From: Psammoneis japonica
Taxonomy: Eukaryota
Assembly (NCBI GenBank): GCA_008632985.1
Contig: QPGO01000048.1
Location: 248,001-312,000, forward strand
DNA: 64,000 bases
Direction: 5' to 3'
Positions 52,670 through 64,000 of the stretch are shown here, piece by piece; the first letter of the stretch is position 1, and each line of letters opens with the position of its first letter. A program made the translations under genes and the position numbers. The notes below the pieces were generated by a model. That model searched no databases. It was not told where the DNA came from and saw only the letters and a program-made list of their open reading frames with translations.

Positions 52670-53676
52670 ACGTAAGAAAAGGGAAGAGGCGCGCAAACAG
52701 TTGCAAACGGAGAGTTGAAGTTGCCGGCATCAAAGAGAACCAACCAATGGGTGCAAACTTTTGTCCGGGACTCACTGCAGGTGGATCTGTGGGGATCAAC
52801 ACTGACGGTTCTCTGGCTTGGTTGGCGCCAGTGTTTCTTCTTCGGCAGCCAATTTGCTTTCTGCGTCAGACTCTTTGTTGGCCATGGCGCGACTCTTTTC
52901 CACACTCTTGAGCGCCCACCCAGAGATTGTCGAGGACAGGTCATTCCAAAAGAGAACCAAAAGAGCAGAGAGTGAATGAATGAGGAGCACTGCTTGTCAA
53001 CATGGTGTCATGTGGCCACAAAGCAGTGCAAGGCATGAGACGAATCTCAACTTTCAACGGGCAGTCATTGCAAAGCATGGCATTGGGATGCACAGATCAA
53101 ATGGTGAGGCTCGCGCCACTTTGCCAGGGGAGAATCAGGCAGGACAGTCTGTCAGATGCTGCTCCAGTTGTTGTTCTGTTTTCTGCAATGCAGCTTCCAC
53201 CACCTGTTCTTCCAATCAATCCACTTCATCTGATGCTGCCAAGGGGCCTTGGTGTCGACAGATCCCCCCATCAAGGTTGGATCTTGCTGCTTCATTGGCA
53301 CTCATCAGTTGCTGTGTGCCAATGGGTTGCTCTTGTTTCTTGAATTCCTTGTTGACATCCTTGGCACTGATTGCGGCTGCTTGGGCTGCTTCTTTGACCT
53401 TTTCACTCAGTTCATTGGCAGCTTCGCGAGGGTGGAGTCATTTGCAATTTCAAATTCCAGCCTCCCGTATAATTCTACGGTTTTGAGTATAATACTGTCA
53501 TGAGTACCTCCGACACAGACATCTATGAGTACCGGTATTTGATGCACAAAGCACAAAGATAACAACATCACAACATCATGCATGATGCATGAGCCTTTCA
53601 ACTGTTTCAGTACGGTAAAGGAGCATCGAGAATCTGTATCAAACCATCAGAAGAAGCATAGTATCAGCAAACGACA

Positions 53677-54780
53677 ATGCCGGAGACCAGAAGCGCCGCC
53701 AAGCGTCGGCGTATTGCTCAAGTGCCGATCATTCCTCCCCTCCATTTTTTGCCCTTGAGTGTCGCTGGCGAAATCCTGGGATACTTGGATCTGGCATCGC
53801 TTGTTTGCATCGGTGCCTGCAACGGTCAATTGAAGAAGCAAGTATACGAGTATCATCATTGGCTTTGGAGTACTATTGATTTTGGTCCGGTAGGCAGATC
53901 CGTTGCGTCAAGAATCTCAGACTGTCAACTTGAAGCATTGCTCCGAAAGAGTCACGCTCTTCAACGCTGTCGTACTCTCAAGCTCAACGGCTGTACGCAT
54001 ATAACTGGGAACGGATTGGAACCGTTACGTGGTTCTTGTATGCTACGAGAGATTGATCTGAGACTGGCCTTTGAAGGAGAGTCTGAGTATCCTGACGCGA
54101 AAGAAACCAAGTGGCCATGTGGTCCTGTCGAGCTGAATCTCGACTTTGTTCTGCCGTTGCTCTCGTCCATGCCACCGATTACGCCAACGCCACTGCTGCA
54201 GGACGGCTCACTCGGACTGTCGCTCGTCAAGATTCGGAAGCAACGAGACGATTGTCACGATTTTTATCAGTACTTTGATCATCAACTCTCAATGTGGTAC
54301 ACCACCTTTTTTGGAGCTCTGGAAACCCAGGCCGACGTTCAGCAAACCCGCTGTGGGCATTGCGATTGCGTCATTGCGCATGTGACACCCAAGGACGACC
54401 TGCTGTGGGCGATGAGCTTGTCTTATTGCGAGAAATGCAAGAAATACACATGTTCCGCCTTCAAGGATGGATGCCTTGATAAGGTGGACTGCAATCGTTG
54501 CATGGTTCAATGTTGCCAACCGCATAATGAATCTGAGGACAACAAATGTCCCAACTACATGACGATGCACGTTTGCATTTCCTGTGGCTTTTCAGAATGT
54601 GACAATTGCTACGATGGAATGCTTTGCCATGGTTGCGATCGTTATTATTGTCAAATCAGAGACTGCTGCAATAGTAATTGCAGCGTATGCGAAACTTGTG
54701 AGATCGCCTACTGCAGGGAATGCCTCGAATCAAATCCGTACGTTTGTTCGCATTTGAGTGGGGCGGAGCAAAATGATTGA
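53677..54780 (+). CDS. F-box/LRR-like protein with Cys-rich C-terminus
   Basis: LP......ILGYLD..SL F-box pattern, W.TIDF, LKLNGCTHITG.GL, many CxxC pairs. Confidence 0.75.
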   Translation: MPETRSAAKRRRIAQVPIIPPLHFLPLSVAGEILGYLDLASLVCIGACNGQLKKQVYEYHHWLWSTIDFGPVGRSVASRISDCQLEALLRKSHALQRCRTLKLNGCTHITGNGLEPLRGSCMLREIDLRLAFEGESEYPDAKETKWPCGPVELNLDFVLPLLSSMPPITPTPLLQDGSLGLSLVKIRKQRDDCHDFYQYFDHQLSMWYTTFFGALETQADVQQTRCGHCDCVIAHVTPKDDLLWAMSLSYCEKCKKYTCSAFKDGCLDKVDCNRCMVQCCQPHNESEDNKCPNYMTMHVCISCGFSECDNCYDGMLCHGCDRYYCQIRDCCNSNCSVCETCEIAYCRECLESNPYVCSHLSGAEQND

Positions 54781-54964
54781 GTCTTATGTTCTTTGATGTG
54801 ATAACTCTGAAGTGAATCCATTTCTGAACTGTAATCTACCGGTAGTACCGTAGCAGGATTCTGCACACACTCTCTAGATTGTAGTGGGGCACTCGCTATG
54901 TAGTGGTAGTGTACTTAGCTTTTTCATAGTAGTAGCATCTACTGTGCCACAGCCTTTTGCTGCA

Positions 54965-55450
54965 GAACCCGACTCGATTGTCACATACAATTGTGCCGAT
55001 GATCGATACATTCGGGGTGCCTACACTGCATATTTTCCTCCAGGGGTGCTGTCCGTCCCCGAATGGTGGCAGGCCTACCACGAAATGGAAAGCTCCCCAA
55101 TGTTTTTTTGGCAGGTTCGGATTATCATTGTGGATTCGGAAACGGATATATCGAGGGAGCTGTCCGGTCGGGACAAGCGGCGGCAGCGGATCTTGTGGTT
55201 GAGAAGTTGAAGGTAGTAAAGACCGATTCTAAGTGAATTCTATTATGTACGTATGCTCTAGACGATCTATTTCATTTCCACGACGACCTTGCCATGAGCG
55301 TGACCGCTACCAAGAATTTCAAAGGCTTTCTGAACACCCTTTTGCGTAAATGGCAGTGGCGCCGAGGGATCCAACGGAACCTTGAGTGTTCCCTCCTCCA
55401 TGTGTTTGAGAACCTTTGCACGCCGATTGTTTTCATCCGTGGGAAGCACC
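54965..55450. pseudogene. Duplicate of 51308-51787 (amine-oxidase 3' end plus oxidoreductase 3' end)
   Basis: High identity by eye; EPDSIVTYN..DRYIRGAY with frameshifts; opposite strand GHAHGKVVVEMK. Confidence 0.9.
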
Positions 55451-56524
55451 GATTGAAATACGCACGCTGCTCTTTTTTGTTTTCGATTTCTATTTGGGTC
55501 TCGTAGATTTCTAGAAATGTAGATTCTTGCGAGTCAGGTGCGTCATACAAACCACCAGAGTCGGCATCGGATTCGTTGAAGTCACGCCACGCTCTATCCT
55601 TGGATGCCTTTTTTGATGCCTTTCGAGGCTTCTTGGTATTGCTACCATTGTTGGCACTCAATTAAGGCAATTGGCGAGCAATAGACTCGCTGAATGATCC
55701 CTCCTGCAGTTCACCTTTCAAGAAAATGAACCGAATATACAATTTGAGGACGCATGACGAGTTAGATTTTCATTGAACTAATATGAAAGAGAAATTCAGA
55801 CAGAACAATAATACTCACCGGTTGGTTTCTCAAAGATACCAGGAAACCGAAAAACAAACTCGTGAAAATACAACAAGTAGCTGCTGATGTTAATAAAGTC
55901 CGAGAAAGGCTTCGCCGACTCCCTGCCTGCTTCATCGTCTTGATCTCCAAACTCTCCATGCTTCCCAGATAGTTTCCAGTTCTTGAATGCATACTCATAT
56001 TCCTTCACACACGACTTCAAAATATCCTCTGACTTTTTCCCCGTAATGTCACTTGAAACCTACTAGGGACCGAGCCTCTGAAAGCTCGAATAGGGTGCGA
56101 CGACCTTGGTGACAACAATAGCGCCGTCGACACCACTCGTATCGCTTGTGCCGGCAATAGGCGCTTTTCGAGAAGACGTCAGACCGATGGCACCTTTGTC
56201 TTCATCACTAGCCGAAGGAAGTAACTCTTCCGTACTGAGAGTAGGCGTTGTCTTGCCGCTGGAAGGGGCGGGAGTAGTATTCATAGAGCGCCGCTCATGG
56301 TTGCTTGTGTGTGTTTTTACTGTATGTGAGAAACGGTTGGAGGGAGTCGCTGTCAAAGTGCTACCAGAGCACGTAGGATTGTACGTATTGTGGGCAGAGA
56401 AGTGCCCAGCAGGGCGCGGTTTTCCGGGTGCCTTCCGCCCGGCAGGGCGCTTTTTGCCCGCGGGCGCAAATGCGCGCTTCGTTATCCCGGGCCCTAAGAT
56501 GTGGATGGAACGTGAGATTTGTCA

Positions 56525-57925
56525 ATGGCGTCGACAGCAAGTGAGGAGTTTAAGTGGTATCTCGAAACAGCGCTTGGTTATAATAGTCAGAAACTGGAAG
56601 TAGTTCGGGCAGACGAGGCTAGATCGGCACAACAAAGGGTCGTGATTGTTACATTCACGACGAGTGCTTTTGAGCATTCCGTCCAGACTCAAGCTGTCGA
56701 GGCATCGAGGAGCGATAAAACGAAGGAAAGGATCGTGGTATTAAGGATATGGAAGAACTCTGCGAGGTGGTGGAACCTACATCGGAACCATGTTGAGAGA
56801 GATAATCAAATCGAAAACGTTGGAGCAGTTTTGCAGATTGCACGAGCAGAGGTAGCCGCATACCGAATTGCCAAGCAAGCGCTGGATCCACATCGTTTGA
56901 TTCACATTCCAACTGTTCTATTTTTTTCTCATGATTCGCAAGACGAGCTAATTGGAGTGATTAGTAGCGCAACAAAACAGCAACACCCACAGCCTTGTCC
57001 GAACGCGCAGCCTTGGGCCTTGATGGAGTACGTCGGTCCCAAGAGCACGCTGTTTAGCAACGAACTGAATCCATGCACTGCTTGGATGGATGGAATGGTA
57101 AAAGATCGAAATGAATTTGGGTTTTTAGAGCCACATCCGCGATGGGGGAGAGTTCCTGAAGACCAGTGCCTTGTATATGCCATGCATGTGTTACAAGCCG
57201 TGGTTCTTCCAATGCACATTGACATGATATACTCCAAGGGCAAAACAGTAGACTGGAGCCATTTGGGAATAGCTAGAGGCACAACTTGCAATCTCATGCA
57301 GCCGATACGATTTCTTGATATGTTGAACTTGTACAAAACGGCACAAGAAACGTTGGAGCGGCAACTTCTTCGAGGCAACTCGGACAGAGACGGACTGCAT
57401 GGCACGTGGATCAACCTCTTAAAACAATGCATTGTTACTCTAGATGACGAGACTCAAAAGGATGAAAACCTGACATGTTCCGATCTTCCTGGTGTCCTGG
57501 TACATATAGACTTGCAACCCCAGAACTTGATTTTTGCTCGTAAAGTCGGTGCATCATCAAGTCACGCCGTTTCTGTGCTGGATTGGGAGGAAGCTGCTTA
57601 TGCGGATCCACGATTTGAATTGTTGATGCTGTGTCGCAAGGTTTGCGCTAGCTATGATCAAGCTACACATCTTTGGGAATTTTACTCTACCCAAATTGTC
57701 TCTGCAGGAACATCGGAGAAGGTATTTATGGTTGGTACCCCTGAGCCGTGGCTAAAGCTCGAAACGATTCATAGCTTGTGCACGTTGCTGATGCAGGGCA
57801 TGAATTTATTGGGCGGTGGGAGAAATCCATGGGAAGCCAAGCCAGACTTGCTACTCAAGATTCAACGTGAATGGAAGCGATTGTACAATATGGGCTGGGG
57901 ATTTTGCAAAACTGTTGGAGATTGA
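56525..57925 (+). CDS. Aminoglycoside phosphotransferase/choline kinase-like protein
   Basis: ALMEYV, LVHIDLQPQNL, VLDWEEA.YADPRFEL. Confidence 0.8.
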   Translation: MASTASEEFKWYLETALGYNSQKLEVVRADEARSAQQRVVIVTFTTSAFEHSVQTQAVEASRSDKTKERIVVLRIWKNSARWWNLHRNHVERDNQIENVGAVLQIARAEVAAYRIAKQALDPHRLIHIPTVLFFSHDSQDELIGVISSATKQQHPQPCPNAQPWALMEYVGPKSTLFSNELNPCTAWMDGMVKDRNEFGFLEPHPRWGRVPEDQCLVYAMHVLQAVVLPMHIDMIYSKGKTVDWSHLGIARGTTCNLMQPIRFLDMLNLYKTAQETLERQLLRGNSDRDGLHGTWINLLKQCIVTLDDETQKDENLTCSDLPGVLVHIDLQPQNLIFARKVGASSSHAVSVLDWEEAAYADPRFELLMLCRKVCASYDQATHLWEFYSTQIVSAGTSEKVFMVGTPEPWLKLETIHSLCTLLMQGMNLLGGGRNPWEAKPDLLLKIQREWKRLYNMGWGFCKTVGD

Positions 57926-57959
57926 AGTGTTGCTTCTCATTATGCGATGTTGCTATTTC

Positions 57960-58420
57960 TGGATGTGAGGCAACCTCCTTGGCTGAAGTGCATTTATGTG
58001 GATCAAAGTCAAAACAGACTTTCATTGCTTTCTGAAAATTGCAAGGACGATCGGAGAATCTGAATTCATGTACACATTGTGGAGTGCGGGTGGTTGTCCA
58101 TTCGCCACTTCGAACCGGACCATGTCAATTCGCTCTTTCTTAGTCATTTTTCCACGGGTTGAATGGGATATCAATACATGATAGAGTAACTTTCCCATGC
58201 GGTAGCTGTAGACATCCTCCTTTTCGTTCACGAGGCAAATTTCACCATGTTTCGCTGTTGGGAGTGCGGATTTCGGTGTTAGAACCTCTTCCGGCGCGCG
58301 CCACTTAGGCGCGTGCAACCCTAAGGGAAGCCACAGGTTTCGTTTGTCTTGGGATTGATCCGTTAAAAATCTGCAGAGTTGCAATCATTCAGGTTTACCG
58401 TTCTTCTCAACAGCACCAGC
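57960..58420 (-). pseudogene. Protein kinase C-lobe fragment
   Basis: LND.N, WRAPEE, EK.DVYS.G..LY motifs broken by frameshifts. Confidence 0.55.
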
Positions 58421-59480
58421 GAGGGTTTAACGCAATGCAGCATTTGACGCATTGCGTCAGCACCATTGCTTGATGGACATGCGCTGCGCCCACAGCAACG
58501 TGAAATCCACCACACACACCCATGGGGAGCTTGGCCACTCTTGCTGTTGGAGAGAAAAGACTGAGAGACACTGGCATCTTCAAATGCACTGTTTTGGTCT
58601 CTCTCCAATGAGAGAGGTGGGCTCAGTCACACAATGATTGTCCCTCCATTGCCGCTGGGAGCAGCATCAAAGAGTCAAGAACCCTTGGCACAACATTTTT
58701 GTGAAGTTGGTGCCAATGGTGAACACCAACAACCACACTTTTTTGAGTGTGCTTCTGGAAAGGGTGGTCAGGATGGGCGCAATGGAGAAACCCAAAGTTC
58801 AAATCACCGTCATGTGCACCACCACCCACCACTCAGCATTTTCTTTTTTCTGCTGAAGCCGTTGTCAATCACTCACAACAAAGACACAACCACTCTCATG
58901 GCACACGCTGCACAATCGCCATGGTTTTCTGCAACAAAACAGGCTTCCAACATGCCCTGCCACATCATGGGGATGATCAAGAGACTTGTGGGCATGGTGA
59001 TGCTCAATTAAAAAAATGTGCAGCCGAGCAAATGAAACGACACATGAAAAAATCGCACACACAGCTCGTGCGTGTGTGCACACAAGAATTCTCTCAAAGG
59101 GGTCTCAGGATGCCCAGCCACAAAATGAGATGACCCAGCCCCACATGTGATGCTTGCTGCAGTCTGGAGCAACAGCTTTGGTTTGACCAGACAAAAGCAC
59201 ACAGCTGTTGCACCGATGCAAGTCATTTCTGGCCACGGCGAAGCGCGGGAAATCACTCGCCAGATTGCCGTGCAAATTGCTGGCAATGTGTGGTGACACT
59301 TCGCAGAGCTATGATCAACAAATGACTTCTATTCCAACATCAAAATGGCACAACTTGTTGTCAGACATGCATCAAAACACAACTGTCACTCGGCAGAGTG
59401 TTCTTCCAATTGTCAAATGTGGTCAGAAGCAGTTGTGGCTTTCCTCAGTGCTTTCGTCGTGCTGTCAATTTTATGACACG
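58420..59480. repeat. TpA/CpG-depleted decayed sequence
   Basis: Same composition as the 22-31 kb block. Confidence 0.6.
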
Positions 59481-59912
59481 GTGAAGCACGTACGTAAATT
59501 CATGCCAGTTGCAGTCCCCCCCATTTGATCGACTGAAAGCTGAAAGCGTTTGTTCATTCCATGTGGGAGCAGCAGACGACGCGACGGTCAGCATTACAGT
59601 AGCGCAGTCTGCGCACTAACTGTAAGTAGTAGACTACCGTACGGTAGCGGGTAGATGCTGTAGCTCTAGTTAGTAAGGCTACGGCACTACCGGTACTCTA
59701 TAGTAGGCCCTACTCTACGGTAGAGTAGAGATAGCGGCAAGCTGCATGCGCTGCAAGCGTAATCCGCTGTGCGCTGCATTATTGCTGAATACGACCATAA
59801 AAAGACTTTACTGTGTGCTCTGATTGTATAGTGTATATAGCACTAGAGCTCTGGTTCTACTGGCATTCCTTCTCTGACTTGGTGTTTTGGTTCGTTGAGC
59901 AGAAATTTGCAA

Positions 59913-60676
59913 ATGGCGCTCCTGTGTCTCGCGATAGTTGGAAAAGAAAACGAGCCGCTCTATCTATGTGATGTGTCGGAAAACGACACGTCCCAAGAAT
60001 CAGAAGAAGGCGAGGATATCTTTGGTTTTCTAGATGATTTCAAGTCTCAAAATGATTCCCTCCGACAAGAGGTGTGTTTCATGTTTTGGATCCTTGCTGC
60101 AACAGTGTTTTTGGGCCCATGCCAAATTCAAAACCTCTCGTCTCTTTCCATGTTCTCTTTCACACAGTTTATGTTTCATGCAGCCATTGATAGAATGGAG
60201 GAAATAATGGGTCGTCAACCAGCGCGAAGATGGAGAAGTCCGAAAGCACCAGCTAGTGCTGATTCTAGCTGGGTGGGGTTGCTATGTCAAATGGAGGAAG
60301 CACGGATTTACGGTGAGGAGAATTAGGATTGTCTGCTATCTGAACCCAGCAGTGTCGAAACTATTTCGTCTTTGGATTAACCGTTCTATTTCAATGTTTC
60401 CTTACAGGCTACGTTACTACAACGAACATAAAGTTTCTGGGCATGATCAAAGACTCTCACGATGATCTCGTTCCGACTTCTCGAGAAGCGGATCTTCGAG
60501 CTCTGTTTTCAGACATTCACGACTTGTACGTAAAATACACTCTTAATCCTTTTTCAAAGATAGGTGAAAGGATCGTCTCTAATCAGTTTGACGAAGGAAT
60601 AAAGTCATGCGTTGCGAAATTTGAGTCGAAAGCCGATCCTCCGAAGGTAGAAACTACTAGTAATGCCGATGAATAA
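59913..60676 (+). CDS. TRAPPC2L: Trafficking protein particle complex subunit 2-like (sedlin family), 3 exons
   Basis: LAIVGKENEPLY, FHAAIDRMEE, GLLC.MEE.RIYGYVTTTNIKF, IHDLYVKYTLNPF; introns 60072-60167 and 60313-60407. Confidence 0.85.
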
Positions 60677-61474
60677 GATGTATCAGGTATCAGGAGAGTG
60701 GCCACTCTAGACTTTGACCCTTGTTTTCTTTCTCTCTACAGTACAGTAGAGAGTAGCCCTCTAGAGAGAGCGTAGTCTTTATCGGTGTTCATACCGTAGC
60801 CCTACTGTACCAACTCTCCCTCCGAGTTGCGAGTTGTCCTACTGGTTCCTTCGTACGTGCATTTCTACATGGCCTTCGTATCATTTCCGTTGAACGACTC
60901 TATTAGTTTGACGTATTCACGAATGAATAAATCAATCAGAATAAGTGCAAGACGCAAGACCGAAAACTCAAAAAAATAAAATAGGGGCGACGACAAAAGA
61001 AAGCAACCCACGAGAACGGCACGTTTACATAGGCATTGATACTCAAGCACTGCGTCCCTAACAGTACACCACCGCACCTTTTATAGAGTAAGTAGAGCCG
61101 CGTTGAGTTAATTTTGTTGAGTACTATGCATGGCTTCAGCAGCAAGAAAAAGTGTTTTGCTGCCTGGAATGTTTATGAGTCGCAGGTATTTCATCCGGAT
61201 TCCTTGAATCGTGATTCCTTTCGGTAGCTTTTGTGCCTAGAAACAAACACGAGGCAACACGGGTGGAAGGAATCACGAACTCGTCACAATCTGCCGAGGA
61301 AGTCATTGGAGCAAGTCATTCTCCCTCCGCGTCGAGCATCTCTCACGAAAGCTGTTCTTGTTGTTGCTGATGCTGATGCTTTGAAACAGAGAAAAGTCGC
61401 TCAGATAGGAGAGTTTAAGTCGGGAATCATCCGTCATTATTACTACAGAAGAGTGGAATAGCGAGACCGAATAA

Positions 61475-62221
<747 letters not shown>

Positions 62222-62470
62222 GGTTTAATTTCAGGATAATGTAGACAAAACCATCTTGGAATTCCTGACGCGAGACGCCGTGGATGGAGACACTCTCACG
62301 ATGTAACGAGTAACAAGCACTTATTTGTAAATTTTACATCTAATCACGGACTGCCTATATAAATTACCTAATACATGCAGAGACAAGCCCCCGCCAGCGA
62401 CTAAATCGGTACTAATTCGGGCCACGCGGTTACCACTGCGAGAGTCGTCCCCTCCAGATCTGACGGTTGC

Positions 62471-64000
62471 TCAGTCTTCCTTCTTCTTGCTGGGTGGTGG
62501 TTCGATCATGACCCCAAGTGCGGCTTTCACCCTTGCTGCAGCCTCAGATATCTGCTTAGCCTTTGTAGCGCCGATAATGCACATGAAACAAAGACCAACC
62601 GCATACAGATGGGACAGCACATCCGATCCAGCCTTGCACACTTGCGAGTAAGGGGAGCAAGTCATATCTGCGATCCACCTGAGAATGAAGGAAACAAGCG
62701 CAATGCTCATTGGGATAATGTACCTACTCAAACAAAAAGGCGAGAGAAACACGTAAGTCGTGTGAAACAAGAATTTTCAATAAGAAGACTGCAATAGAGC
62801 CGGACGATCGCGAAAGAGACTTACATTTCCATGCCAGCAAGCGGGTTCCGACCGTCGTTCAGCGAAGAATACATTTCGAAACTTTCTCCAATCTGCTTGA
62901 GCAACTCTGACTTTGCACTATCGATGTTGTTCTGGCTACCAAAATTGGCAATCCCAGAGAACTTCTCCTTGCTTGCAGCCACGGCGTCTTCATGCAGCTC
63001 GAGGAGTTCCTGAGGGCGCACATAGTTCGAGCAATGGGGACCGGCGATACGGTCCATGGTGTCCTTGTAGAGGCTCATGGCATTGTGAATCGCGTTGGTG
63101 TTGTTTGCCGATGCCGTTGCCTCCAAGAGGGTGGCTGCTTCTGGGAAATGAGCGCCGGACGCAAAGAGCGCAGCATACGCCTTGATGTACGAGCCCAGCT
63201 CGACCGAAGTCAGCTCGCGCCCATGGATGATCTTGGGTTGCATATTTTCTACGTCGAAGACGCGGCTACAATACCTGTCCAATAACTCCAAGAATGTTGC
63301 CTCCATGACACTAACGTCACCGGTATACTTTCTCTTTGTTACGGCAAAACCTGGATGCGTCATTGCGAAGCAAGACACCTTCTCAAAGCAGCTCAGGATT
63401 TGTTGCCGAGTATCCTGAAGGTCTTTGGCGTCTCGCTCGGCAATGACGCTTTCAAGGTAGGTGTCCATCTCCTTTGGCGAGTGCATTGAGATTGGGTGAG
63501 AGATGAAGTAAGTGTGACTAACAGCAAGATCATCAACATCAAGAACAACAACAATAACGCACCTTCTCCATCTCATCAAAGTTCTCTTCTTCCTCGAAAT
63601 GTTGCCAATCGCGCACCAGAAACTCAATATGTTGAAAAGGCTTGGTTGATGCGGCATTCTGTGCATCGTCATCTTCATCGTACGTGCTCATGGCCATTCG
63701 TGCGTACTCAGAGAAGAGTGCCAGCTGCTGAAGATTGTCTTCTTGAATACGCTTATCGACATTGTAGATCTGGTAGCTGCTCAAAAGAGTGCTGAGACCG
63801 AAAATAGATGCAGTCAAGGCCATCGTGGTTTCATGGTCGAACATTCCCTGCGTGTCGACCAACAGAATAGCCAGCTGACTTCCATCCTTCTTTTCGACAA
63901 AGTATGGTTCGCTCCACATCCAAATCCCGGTGGTATTCCGTTCTGATCCACCACGCCAATCGAAGCCGTCGTGACCGAGGGATTCAAACCCCTTATGCCA
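62471..64000 (-). CDS. ATL: Atlastin (GBP-family GTPase), multi-exon, 5' end outside window
   Basis: F.WRGG.ERNTTGIWMWSEP, DTQGMFD, LSTLLSSYQIYN, FLVRDW, C-terminal membrane hairpin. Confidence 0.85.

Noticed and set aside
55500..56050. Minus-strand gene-like fragment (YEYAFKNWKLSG...LLYFHEFV)
   Set aside because: Looks like a broken TE-associated ORF but no family can be assigned by eye.

Overview
Eukaryotic nuclear DNA, most likely from a pennate diatom (compact genes with short GT-AG introns, diatom-type psaA/psaB). Ordinary gene-dense flanks (APC2, alpha/beta hydrolase, ATG8, PIG-O, metallo-beta-lactamase/cNMP phosphodiesterase, thiolase, Sar1-like; then amine oxidase, F-box, APH-like kinase, TRAPPC2L, RAB6, atlastin) surround a ~22 kb island (~22.3-43.9 kb). 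The island holds decayed retroelements, a MITE, host-gene fragments and a plastid insertion (NUPT, psaA plus 5' psaB). Main signal: the island and two smaller patches are almost free of TpA dinucleotides because TpA has been converted to TpG/CpA (A:T->G:C). Tyr codons become Cys/His/Arg and TAA/TAG stops vanish. The young NUPT shows the process in progress, as short dense two-stranded A->G/T->C tracts at WA/TW motifs. This points to a region-targeted hypermutation system opposite in direction to fungal RIP and separable from CpG decay. Intergenic spacers of the intact genes show the reverse bias (TpA-saturated). Ancestral states are inferred from remembered protein consensus; no alignment or count was computed.
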